Counted from the first letter of the whole stretch, positions 1-11,167 are shown. The stretch: 56,634 nt of DNA, filler included, from Basidiobolus meristosporus CBS 931.73 (GCA_002104905.1; 3 parts of 3 records of this genome joined end to end with filler, not necessarily neighbours in it); one strand, 5' to 3'. Numbers and translations are program-made. The notes: generated from the sequence alone by a model not told the origin.

Positions 1-141
1 GTATGTTCATGTGCTCGCCCCCTCATTCGTCCACCCGCACTTCGGTACGCGGCGGGTTCGGCGGAAGGGATGAGTGGGCTGCGAGACGGAGGCTCCCAAG
101 AGTTAGACCAACTAACAAAGAGTTTTGCATTTGTGGCACAG
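1..141 (+). other. Spliceosomal intron of the sugar transporter gene
   Basis: GTATGT donor at 1, ACTAAC branch point at 110-115, CACAG acceptor at 137-141. The following G would complete a TGG (Trp) codon before GFAVAVF, as expected in this family; the upstream exon is outside the window. Confidence 0.7.
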
Positions 142-1354
142 GGGTTTTGCAGTGGCGGTGTTCGCATTGGGAGGCTTGGTCGGGGGATTCTTTGCCGGGC
201 CTAGTGCCGACAGAGTTGGCAGAAAGAAGGTTCTGTTCTGGAACAACTTGAACTTCGTCATTGGGGCTGTGCTCTTGGCAGCCTCGGTCAATGTTCCCAT
301 GTTCATTATCGGTCGTTTCTTCGTGGGTATTGGAAGTGGAGCTGGATCCGCGATTGTCCCGATGTACATTGCCGAGGTATCCACCACCAGATACCGTGGG
401 GCCATGGGGGCCCTTCTCCAAATCTTCCTTGCTTTGGGTATCTTGATCTCCCAAGCACTGGGACTGGCCATGAACACTGTCCCAACCTGGAGAGGAATCT
501 TCGCCATCACCGCCGCCCCAGGAATACTCCAGATGGTTCTTTTGCTGTTCTGCTGCGAAACACCTAGATTCTTGCTCACCCAGAACCAGGTCGAGGAGGC
601 CAAGAAGACCCTGCAGAAGCTCAGATCGGGGGCCCACATCGAGAATGAGTTCCACGAGATGTCCACTGGTGTTCAAGGTGTGAATCACGAGCATGATATG
701 TCTGCTGGGCACCAGGAGGCCAGCCTCACCCAACGAATCAAGGATGTCTTTGCCGACAAGTTCGTCAGAAGAATGCTCTTCATCGGCATGGGTATCCACG
801 CCTCCCAGCAGCTCTCAGGTATCAACGGAGTCAGTTTCTACTCGACAGCCATCCTCACTGAGGCTACTGGCGCCGACACTGCCTCGGGAATCACCGTGGG
901 TATCTCTGGACTCAACTTTGTCATCAACTGCATCATCTCCTTCATAGTGGACAGATTCGGCAGAAGACCATTGTTGATGACCAGCTCCACTGGTATGGGG
1001 GTTTTCGCATTGCTTCTAGTCATCGGTGATGCGACCCATGTCAACGCCCTCAAGGTGCTTTCAGTGATCTGCTTCGCGGCCTCGTTCAACATTGGCCTTG
1101 GGTGTGTCCCCTTCATGATCACCCCGGAGATGGTCCCAACCTGGGCGGCTGGTGTGGTCATCTCGACCGCAACCACGGTCAACTGGATCTGCAACTTCAT
1201 AGTCGGCTTCATATTCCCAACCTTGATCAATGCCATGGGCTCGAAGGTCTTCATCATCTTTGTTGTACTCAACTTCCTGTTCTTGATCTTTGACTACGTC
1301 TTTGTGCCCGAGACCAAGGGCAAGACTGTTGAGGAGATCTCCCAAGGACATTAA
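142..1354 (+). CDS. MFS sugar porter (GLUT/HXT-like), last exon; N-terminus upstream of the window
   Basis: ORF 125..1354 has sugar-porter motifs ADRVGRKK, PMYIAEVS, YRGAMG, CETPRFL, QQLSGIN, VDRFGRRPLL and VPETKGKTVEEI, with multiple hydrophobic helices. Confidence 0.95.
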
Positions 1355-1885
1355 CACATATACGATACGGTAAGCTAGCAAATATCATCGGTCGTTATTA
1401 CAATTTTTGCAATAAATATTGTATTTGCCAGAACCCAAAGCATTTTCTTTGATGTACTACGTTTCCTCTGTCCAGTTATTCAACCAGTAGTGTTCTATTC
1501 CCTGTGACGAATACTTATTGCAGTTACCTATTGCAGATTAAGAGTTCTGATAATGTTGTATCATAGAAATTAGTTTCTGATTAAATTTCGGGTCTCAAGA
1601 GTAATGGTCAACTCTTTGATATTGAATTGCATTCTATTAGTCCTAGCAAAGAAATCAAAATGATATTCAGCTTTGTAACCCGCTGGTAGGATGGACTGGC
1701 ATCACCAAAGGAATGTATGTCATCTTCTGCCCTGCTGTCAATAGGGCAATTAAAATTGTATCCTCAATTTTGGTATGTCAAAATCAAGTCATTTCCTCAG
1801 ATATTGGTTTGTAGAGTACACAAATTGAGGCTTCATGCTCTAGCCAATTTCAGTGCATCTCCATGATTGCAGACTTGCTAGATAA

Positions 1886-2228
1886 TGCTGTATACTTTGT
1901 AGTTACACCCAAATATTCACTTGACTTTTTCACTTCGATCATGATCTACAGTTCTTAGATTATTCTGGCCAAATTCCTTGCTAGGACTGACTTGAAATAT
2001 TTCACCAAAATATCAGGTATTCAGGACATGAAAGTGTAAAGTTGTCCAAAGAGCCCCAAGCTTTTTACACATGCTCTTGGCACTTTCCTAACCATCTTCT
2101 ATGTGTTTGTTTTTTCATGACCCTGCAAAAGTATAAACACCACTTTTACATTCAGTAACAGTAAATGAGAAACACATGGTTTATTTGTCCTCCCAATTAC
2201 TTCCTACATCCCCAAAACTCTTGCAACG
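1886..2228 (+). mobile_element. Degenerate LTR of the ~349 bp copia LTR family
   Basis: Aligns by eye along its length to LTR 22838-23186 (ccaaattccttg, aaagttgtccaaa, cttttacattca blocks). Confidence 0.75.
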
Positions 2229-4449
2229 GATAGTACCATCCATTGCCATACACTGAGGGATCTATAGAAGCTGATTCTGATAACTCTGTCAAGACTTGGA
2301 ATCTTGCTTACATTTGTTACCAACAAGGGCAAGTCATACTGTTTCTCTTTTGGCCTTTGAAATGCTATGTAAGAGTTGGCAGCATATTTGGCTATGTTCA
2401 TTTTGGTGGGACAATAACAAGGATCAACAGACTCTGAATCTCAGTGCTTGTGATTGAAGGGGTTAGCTATGTAGTTGAACCAATGTTGTGCGACATTCTG
2501 CTGAGAATACCCGTAGTCAATTAGTATTCTAACAGTAAGTGTCCTTAGTACTACCAGTGGTAAGCGTCCCACCTTGGTCTATTTACAAAAGAAGTCCACC
2601 ACTGCATTTAATCTTTGACTCCCTTGGACGCTAAAAGGCTACATCCGAAGGCAACCGGTTAAGTAGGTTATTGGGCCGGGGTGATTTCTATGATGACTGG
2701 CAATATATTAGCTTGAAGTTTTCTGAATACTAGGAAAATATAACTTTGTTTATTGAAACATTATCTCGCCGATTTTGATACAGATTTGTTAAGCTAGTAC
2801 TGAGCCACACTTTGAATGGTCTTTGGGCAGATGGTATATTGAAGTGTCTAGGCTAACTTTGGAATCGACTTCTCTTCCGAGTCTCCCCTAAAAAATGGAC
2901 AAAAACCATCGATTGAACTATTCCAAACCACCATTACAGGATATACTATAGATGTTCCATAGAATGATGGAATAACCTCAAGCTTTACGCATGTCCTTCA
3001 GCGGCACTCCACAGCTTACTCCTACATATGTTCTCACCCCATTTCTGTATTTAGAGGTCCAGAGTTTTACCACAGGTATGCATTACCACTCCATAGCAAA
3101 TCCGTAAGTAAACAAAAGCCTCGTGGCATATGCTCCAAACTACTTCGTAGTTTCCATATCCGCTTAGTTCAAAGTCATTTGAAAGCATGTGCTTTGTAAT
3201 TGGCGTCTGATGGATTCTAGACTGGTGCAAATTACATTCACACAATGTTCCCACAATGCTGAAGATTTAAAAAACTCATCTCAATAAATATCCCATAGGT
3301 TCAGCAAGAAGTGATGAATAATTAGGTGCACAGGCAGCATCCAGAATTGTGTTGGTACTATCATATAGTTCGTTGCATAGTTATTGAATTACTTGGCTTT
3401 ATATACATTTTTCTTGGGTCATAATAATGCAATCCCATGATTGCTGATCAAGCTTGATCATAATTCTGGCACACGAGTAATGTCGCACTTTTGTTAACTA
3501 CTATTCAAATCCTTGCCGTCAATTCCATACACAACTTGTAAATCGTCAGTAAATAACGGATCCATCTGGATTGATGGAACATACTTCCCAGGCACTTTGG
3601 GGGTGGGCGTAGTCAAAATCAACACTTCTAGCCTTACTGAAAGCCCTGCTCACAAGTATCATGAAACCCGCGAACTTCCATAGCAATGCGTCCAAAGTAC
3701 AGGGTTTCATCTAGAACACCGAACCAAAATCAAACTTCAATACCTTACAAACAATGGATGTCATGCCTATCTTATCTTAATGTGGCGCACAAGACTGTTG
3801 GAACAGTGAAAATTCCTATTACAGCGTATGGATGCAACAGATTGCGCCAAGACTGGACATCTCTGGCTTATCGTCCTGTTCGAGAAAAATCTACTGTGAT
3901 TGGGCGACTGTCAAACAAATAGGAATCAATTCTTCGGTACGGGCTATGGTTCCTAACTCTGATTGTTCTTGCTGCACTGTTCTGTCTTTAATTCAGTTCA
4001 AACCGAAAGTGGGCAAATGCAGGAATATTCCACAAACATCAGCCAATTTTACTGGTTCGTGGGGGTATTTACGAAGAGTTGGGGAGTGCGCTGTTGCTAT
4101 ATCGAAAATACTGCCAAACAGGCCGATTCCCTGATTGGGTGAATCTTCGCTTTTCAAAAACAAATCACGATTTTCGTTAGATAGTGTGCTATTCTGGAAC
4201 GTTATGGTCATATAAACATTGCATTAGTTACAATCCAGGGTAAAGCAATAAAAGGCTCAGTCTCTATTTGATATCAAGGAATCAGTGTCTATAAAGTTGA
4301 GCGTCTTTACTAATTGTCAGTAGTGTGCAGAACTCCTGGAAGGTGGGAGTTTGATGAAATGATGAAACAGAGGGCCTCACTAATCAGCCAATACTAGACC
4401 TCGTGCCAGATCTGGTGCTATCCTTGGGCAGCAATGGATGATCGAAAAC

Positions 4450-5394
4450 CTACTTTTTCTCCAATTCCATCACAGAGTAACTGGTATTTGGTTCCGTTAA
4501 TCCGAATGTCAGGTACCGGCCTGGTGGAATCAGAATATACGCAGATATGGCAATCAACATCATGAGGCAATCAAATACATAAAAGTACACCTCATGAGTA
4601 ATCAGGTATCCCTCAAAGCCTTGAGCAAATTCGGCAAGTCGATACGCAGATCGAATGACAAGTGTAACGATGTTAATCCATACAGGCCAGTATATGGTAC
4701 GCCAGCGCGCAGGGCTATGGGTATCATCAGTTGCAAATCTTGGGGAGTGTTGAACAAACCAAGTCAAGATGACAAATGTGGATAGAGATACAAATGCCAA
4801 GCTGAGCCCTGCTAGGGAGATGTTCGAGCCAAGGTTTGCCATTGACCTTATGGCCATCATACCACCACCGCCTGACTGAATCAGAAAGCAGATCACATCA
4901 ACAGATACGTAAGACTTCTCTACCAGTGATGGCCGAATGTATTTAGACTTGAAGTTAGAGGCAGTTATACTATAAGGTCAAAAAATTGTAAGCAAAGTGT
5001 TGCGCAAGTCATATATGGACGAATACGTACATCCTAGCCACTACTATGTAGCTACCCAGGGCAATCACAATGGGTGGGAGTAGAAGAAAAAGAGTCGAGG
5101 TCGCATAGGCTCCGATATTTCCGGTGTTTTCGGGTTGAGCTGACCATATGCGTGTAGCATAGCCCACTGCTTCGGCTGGCAAGATGCTGATTATCAGTAT
5201 AACAAGCCGTGTGCATTATTGTCACAAGAAGCTTTACCTGCTGCTCCGCATGCTACTGCGTACATGTAACCGGTTTTGTAACGGAAGGCTTGATAAGATA
5301 CGATCACAGCGAACAGAGAAAACAAGATCAAGGCAACCACCGCCAAAGGTATATTGGGGTCATAGTGGTACAGGTTGTAATGGGTACTAGGCAT
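4450..5394 (-). CDS. RTA1-family lipid-translocating exporter/resistance protein, 3 exons (5394-5238, 5175-5031, 4969-4450), 273 aa
   Basis: Splicing two GT-AG introns (62 and 61 nt) gives one open frame with RTA1 motifs YHYDPN, EAVGYATR, LLLPP, FLIQSGGGG, IRSAYRLAEF and HEVYFYVFD. Confidence 0.9.
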
Positions 5395-6471
5395 TGTAAA
5401 GTTCACTAAGTGTGCGGCCAGAGGCGTGGGTTTATATCTAGATTCGCATTTGTGATGAATAGGAAGCTGAACGGAATTCTATTAATAGAATCATCAAAAA
5501 CCTATCTTGGCTTCTTGGCAAATCCAAAAAATAAATGTGAAAAATCAAGTTAGGCTGTTCGCCACCGAAAATTGAATCTAACATTTCCAACATTTGATGG
5601 AAGCTAGCAGAAACCAAGTAAATGTACCCAAGACTAGCTGTAGAGCACTTGCGATTCAATCCCTAGATAGAGATAATCTACGATTCAATACACCGGCCGC
5701 CTTTTTCCGCATAGAATATCCCAGAAACATATAAAAGCAAGGTGCTACGAGCCAACTGGCATGATTCTTTTTATGTGAGTAAATGCGGACATACTTGCAT
5801 GTACTAATCGCCGAGAGGGCTCTTGGCATTATTGCCAGCCAATTTCAAGGTACACCAGCGCTTGCGATCCAATAGCTTGGCAATACTATCCCTTGGGAAA
5901 TTATTTCCAGGGCTCCGTGCAATAGCCCTACCCCACCTCCACTAACCATAAGCATCGCTTCATATCTCCTTTCTAAGCCTTGTAGGGAGGTGGATTAAGA
6001 ATTACTGGAAGACGATGATGGTTGTTATGCTTGGTATGAGTCCTGTAGGCGGATAGGTGGGGTATATCTTTTTGGCTGCTATTTCGCACCATAGTTCGGA
6101 GTGTATATTTCATTCAATGATTCCCAGATGATAACATGCACAAAAGATATGCATGCGTATCTACCTTTTACAGCAAAGGGTGCTTCTGGGTATGAATATC
6201 TTTATCCAAAGATCTCCCAAAATGAAGCAAGGAAAGAAATCGAGATACTCTAGATAACTTATTTGCTCTCTTAAGCCAATAGAGTGTTGCGCTTACTGTG
6301 ATACATTTCTATGGAAATATCAGCTATGGATTCCATATGAAATTGTGCTGGAGTTTTTCAGCCAAACTTCTATGTGTGCATATCTCTGGAGTGAGCCTTA
6401 ATGCAAAGTCCCAAAGTTGGAATCCATTAGATTTTTAGCTGGTACTCAGCTGGTATTCTGATAGTATTCAC

Positions 6472-6516
6472 TGTTGTAAAAGCTCATAATTGCACCTGAA
6501 TACTCACCTAACTTAG
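6472..6516 (+). mobile_element. First 45 bp of a copia LTR, cut off at its TTAG
   Basis: tgttgtaaaa...cacctaacttag matches the start of LTR 22838; the rest of the LTR does not follow. Confidence 0.7.
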
Positions 6517-6866
6517 GGGGGAGGGAAAGTCACCAAGTTGGTGAAATCTTTATTTGCTTTCAAGAACTAATCTAAGCACAAATAGAGAAGCCAATCAGGA
6601 GGTAGAGATTCTCTCTAATAAGCAATCTAATGTATGTCTTGATTCATGTCTAATGGCAGTCATAATCAAGTAAAGTTCACTCGGTGTTAATATGAAATTC
6701 AAGGGTTTTTTTTGGGGGGAGGGAGTACTAATTGTAAGTCTTTCTAATCAATCTAATCTAAGACTGGCATACAGCCTGGCATCAGGTGCAGTAGAAATGG
6801 TGTGTTAACTTGTAGGTAGCTCTCCCATATTGATCTTAGATGGTCTTGTGTCAATAGCCTAGGTTT
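6513..6866 (-). mobile_element. 3' end of a third, diverged telomeric retroelement family
   Basis: Begins TTAGGGGGG-AGGGAAAGTCACC-AAGTT-GGTGAAATCTTTATTT and carries the GAAGCCAA block, then diverges from both the LINE and the SINE. The distal boundary is set by an LTR insertion. Confidence 0.55.
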
Positions 6867-7015
6867 TGTTGCAAGAGTCTTGGAGATATTAGAAAAGACT
6901 GGGAGAACAGGCAGATTAGGTGGTTTTCACTAAATGATTTTCTGAATGTAAAAGTGGTATTCATATCTTTCATGTTCTGGGCATCTTATGCACTTAAGAA
7001 AATATTAAACAGAAA
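6867..7015 (-). mobile_element. Truncated, internally deleted copia LTR
   Basis: tgttgcaagagtcttggagatatt is the reverse complement of the LTR 3' end; similarity stops just before GGGTTTGGGGG at 7016. Confidence 0.7.
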
Positions 7016-7018
7016 GGG

Positions 7019-7166
7019 TTTGGGGGAGGAAAGTCACCAAGTTGTGAAATCTTTATTTATTTATGACAAATATTGAAGGAAGCCAAGTTAATCTGAAGGA
7101 CCTCCTAAAAGCAAGGTCTGAGAGATATTTTCCCGGTAAGCCAGTTTGGAGAGTAGAAAGGCTGAG
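7019..7166 (-). mobile_element. Decayed 3' part of the telomeric SINE
   Basis: Collinear with 10642-10790 (ggaaagtcacc, gaagccaagttaatctgaag, ggtctgagagatat) with many substitutions. Confidence 0.85.
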
Positions 7167-7308
7167 TGTTGTGCTCAGCATTGAAAACTTTGCCAATTTC
7201 ACTCCGTTAGAAGTTCTAGCATCCTAACTGATTTTTCCTAACCCCAACATAGTTAATAATGGTTATAGTTTAACTTATCACTTCTCAGAATCTATTTTTA
7301 GCTGTCAC
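7167..7308 (+). mobile_element. First 142 bp of a chromovirus LTR, ending abruptly at TTAGGG
   Basis: Starts TGTTGTGC and aligns to 25638-25780 (ccaatttcactc, tatcacttctcagaatctat); TTAGGGCTAGG follows at 7309. Confidence 0.8.
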
Positions 7309-7340
7309 TTAGGGCTAGGAGGATCATAATCACCAAAGGG

Positions 7341-7447
7341 TTAGGGGGAGACAGTCACCAATAGGTGAAATCATTATTTCTGTTGAAACAAAGAAGCCAG
7401 CGCTACTGTTGTAGCTTTGATACAAGAGTGTGTAGCTGAGGGGAATT
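7341..7447 (-). mobile_element. ~105 bp 3' stub of the telomeric LINE
   Basis: Near-identical to 7475-7582 (3' UTR plus last ORF2 codons); truncated at ...GGAATT, which runs into AGGG. Confidence 0.9.
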
Positions 7448-7474
7448 AGGGCTAGGGTTAGGGTTAGGGTAGGG
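7446..7474 (+). repeat. Interstitial degenerate telomere tract (5 units)
   Basis: TTAGGG CTAGGG TTAGGG TTAGGG TAGGG between two LINE copies. Confidence 0.9.
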
Positions 7475-10400
7475 TTAGGGGGGAGACAGTCACCAACAGG
7501 TGAAATCTTTATTTCAGTTGAAACAAAGAAGCCAGCGCTACTGTTGTAGCTTTGTTACAAGAGTGTGTAGCTGAGGGGAATTTGTAGGTAAGTTAATAAG
7601 AAGTGATGATAGTTCTTCAGTGCTCAAGACACTGTTCAGTGGGAAGGGGGGTAGCAAGAGAGGTAAGAATGACTTGTGAACAACATTAATGAGGGGAATG
7701 TGATAAGGATTGATATTCATCATATAGGGAGTGTGCTGCTGCAGATATTGCTGCCAAAGGTCTGTCAAGTACTTCAGGTAGGCCAGCTTGGGTTTTTCTG
7801 ACTGCAGAATATAGTGAGCAAACTTCTTGACTTCAGGATCTCCAAGTATAGTTCTCCAGCAGGAGTCAGGTGTTGTGTGGTGTGTTCTCTTCCAGGCCTT
7901 AATCAGTGGGTTGTTGCAGTTGTGAAGTCTGAGGTATAATCTGGTTCTAAGGTAGAGAAGTCTGATCTTATAGGGCATAAACCCAAAAGCACCAAGAATA
8001 GCATGTCTGTAGGGGCATTCAGGCAAATGAGGCACCAAGGAGGTAATGCACCATACTGCAAACTTGTCAAGCTTAGTGCAGTCTCTAGAAGTAAGAGAGA
8101 GAAGTGGTAAGCCAAATTCCAGGACAGGGAAGACAAACTGCTTGAGTAGAAGGAGGCAGCTGGGAGCTGAAGTTGTAGGAGGAGTAACAGCCAGTAGCTT
8201 GTGGAGTGCCTGTCTTGCCAGGATAATTCTCTTCTTCAGGTGTGCTCCAGAGTCTAGTCCAGTAGGAAGGAAAGGAAAGCCAAGATATGTAGCAGAAACC
8301 TGAGCAGGTAGAGTGGAGTTCTCCAAGTTGATGGGAGAGCCCAAAGGTACTGTCTTTGCAATGGAAAGCTGGAGATTATTCTTCTGCAGATACTGGTGGA
8401 TGGTCTGGGAGTCTTGTTGCACATTGGAGGAGGAAATTCTGATGTCATCAGCAAAGAGAGTAACCAGGCAGTCAGCTGAGAGTCTTGGGAAATCATTCAG
8501 GAAGATGGCAAACAGTATAGGACCAAGCACAGAGCCTTGAACCACTCCATTAGGAACTGAGAACACAGCTGATTGCTCACTTGGGTGCAGAATTCTTGCT
8601 TGTGGATCCAGAAACAGAGATCTGACAAGGAGGGTGAGAGAGGTACTGGAGAAGCATTGCAACTTGGACCAAAGCAGATTTCTGTCAACTGAATCAAAGG
8701 CCTTAGTAATATCAAACAGAACAGAGGGATACTTGCACTGGAGAGAGTGATCTTGGCTAAGTATGACTGCATATTCCAAGGAGAGGCCAGGAACAAAGCC
8801 AAACTGTGCAGGATGAAACTTGAGGGAGTCAGAGTAGAGCTCCTGAGCAAGCAGAAGCTCAAACACCTTTCTGCAGGTGGGCAGCAGAGATATTGGCCTG
8901 TAGGAGCTAGGATCCAGGTGCTTTCCTTTACCCTTGTACAGTGGCAGAACATTTGCAAAGGACCATTCCTCAGGAGTAGAAAGCTGGGCTGAGCATTGCT
9001 GAAACAGTGGAAGCAGAAGTGCAGACATGGCCTTGGTACTAGTCTTCAGAAGCTCATAGGAGATTGTGTCCACACCTGGAGCAGTAGAGTTGGGAAGCCT
9101 CTTGAGCACATTATGGATTCTCCTTTGATCAAGTGCAAGTGGGATGGGCAGAGTCTTGAAGTCAGGATGAAAGCCAGGAGTTGAGTACTGCTTTGTAGAG
9201 AAGAAGATGTTAGCCAGCTGTTCTGTTGAAGGTAACTTCCTGGAAGAGGGCCTCATTGCCCTGTAGAGTCTTGATATTGTTCTTGTTATAGAGTTGGAAG
9301 ATTGCAGAGGCAAAGAACTCATAATATGATCCCAGAGCTGAGTATGCAGAGTGTGGTGAATTGCCTTGGAGTGGTGTATTGCTTTCAGGAGGAGTTTCTC
9401 TGTTTTTGGGTTAGGGAAACTCAGGTAGCTTTGTTGCAGGGCTGAAACAATGGATTCCCATTTTCTTGAGGTAACAGCAGTAGTCTTGCATGGCAGTGAG
9501 AGGGAGGCAGACACCAGAATCAGATGCTTCACAAAGAGCCAGGCATAGTTGAGATCATCTGGCAGAGAAAGTAGCAAACTGGCAAGCTTCAAGTAGTTCC
9601 CAAAGTCTTTCTTCTGATTCTTGGTAGCTTTGTGGGTAAGCACAGTAAGTTTTGGCAGCTTCCTCTTCACAACTGGTTACATAGAAAGGGACCAGGCTGG
9701 GTGGTCAGAGGCTCTCAAGGATCCTAGCTCAGCTCCAGAGAATTGCTTAACTTCATTCACAAAGTAGAGGGCAGCAGCAGAAGGGCAGATCCAGTCAACA
9801 CATCTTTTCTCAGATTGAGCACCTAGTGCTAGCAGGTGGCTTTCTCTCAGGAAGTTCAGTAGGAATGTAGACCTTGGCTTCATTCTTGCAGTCAGAGTAG
9901 TCTTGTTCTCAGGATGGGGAATGTTGAGATCTCCAAGTAAGATAACAGGTGTTGATATAGATTGTTGGTATTGCTGAACCTTCTGGCATATAACTTGCAC
10001 TTCCTGAAGGGCAAGACTTGGAGGCAGATAGCAGAGCACCAGACTGATAGTTGGCAACTGGAGAGCAGCACAGTAAGGGGAGTAAAGAGGAACACAGAGC
10101 TGAGGAGTATTGATGGTAGAAGAGATGAAGCAGATAGAGGAGGTATTCTTTGTTCTAGGAGTAGAAAAGCAATATAGATCAGTCAAAAGTATAGAGGGTA
10201 GCTGAACATCAATCAAACACAGGAGGGAAAATCTTGAAAGAAGTCTCTCTAGAGTTGTTCTTGATGGCTGTATGCTGTTGCAGTTAAGCAACAGAACTTC
10301 AGGTAGTCAGGCAGAGGTTGTAGCTTCTTCAGAGGCAGCATTGATAATGTGACCTGCAGAGTCCCAGAGCTCTTCAAATGGTGCATCACTTAAGTCAGCA

Positions 10401-10643
10401 AGGAGGGAAATGGCATGATTCTTGAGGAATTATGGCACATCATAGGAGGGGGCTTGTCTCTTGATGGCAGCAAAGAAAGACAGAATGGCAACATGGGCTG
10501 GAGGCTTGTTGAACAGTAGAGAGTCAGAGGATTCAGATTCTTCAGGCACTATCTTGAAGTCAGTTTTCAGCCAGTTAAGGTTCTTCTCCACAAAGGCAAC
10601 AAATGGGTCAGCAATGTTTGGTCTAGGATAACTCCAGAATCTT
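7475..10643 (-). mobile_element. Telomeric LINE copy 1, 5'-truncated within ORF1
   Basis: About 99% identical to 12917-16087 (roughly 25-30 differences counted by eye). Contains all of ORF2 and the last ~110 codons of ORF1. No poly(A) tail and no TSD seen. Confidence 0.95.
7538..10306 (-). pseudogene. LINE ORF2 (APE endonuclease + reverse transcriptase) with one premature stop at 9674-9676
   Basis: APE motifs NCN, YLPP, GDLN, VDW, SDH; RT motifs APGVD, YRPISLL, QFGF, FDITKAFD, GVVQGSVLGP, LFADD, YLG. TAA here corresponds to CAA in copy 2. Confidence 0.93.
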
Positions 10644-11167
10644 AGGGGGAGGAAAGTCACCAAGTGGTGAAATCTTTATTTACTTATGACAAGTATCTAA
10701 AGAAGCCAAGTTAATCTGAAGTAATTCCTAGAAAGCTAGGTCTGAGAGATATCTTCCTGGTAAGCCAGGTCTGAGAGTTGAGAAGCTGAGTGGTACTATA
10801 TTTCCTAGTTAGCTAGGTCTGAGAGAGGTTTCCTGGAAAGCCAGGCCTGAGAAGTGAGAATCTGAGTATATCTGAGGTGAGTTGTACTGATTTGCGGTAG
10901 CTTGTTTGTGGCCAGAATGGCCAGTAGACTGGGGGAACTTAGGGTATTTCTGGGCGATCACTGGCCAAATTTACTAGGCAAATTTGACCAATTAGCATTT
11001 CAAGGATTTCAGCCAATCAGAGCCTTTACTTTGCCCAATGGTTGATCAAGCCATCTCCCAATGAGCACACATCAATTTATTGATCAAATTTTGTTGGATC
11101 CAGGATTTGAACCCACAACCATGGGTATGGAAGGGTTAGGGATAACCACAAGGCTAAGTGTTCTTGG
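10642..11167 (-). mobile_element. Telomeric SINE unit 1 (526 bp), the most diverged full unit
   Basis: tRNA-like A/B-box head at the distal end, LINE-like 3' terminus at the proximal end, no meaningful ORF. Confidence 0.85.
11103..11156 (-). promoter_or_regulatory. RNA polymerase III type-2 internal promoter (repeated in units 2-4)
   Basis: A box TAGCCTTGTGG (11156-11146; consensus TRGCNNAGYGG, 1 mismatch). B box GGTTCAAATCC (11113-11103; fits GTTCRANNC). The 32-nt spacer is as in an intronless tRNA. Confidence 0.8.

Noticed and set aside
23-1381. Long antisense ORFs over the sugar transporter (also over the TRP and ZIP genes)
   Set aside because: Typical shadow ORFs of GC-rich coding sequence.
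11090-11165. Functional tRNA genes in the 527-bp repeats
   Set aside because: A and B boxes are present, but the acceptor (GAACACT vs ATCCAAC) and anticodon stems do not pair and the T stem is weak; treated as a SINE head.
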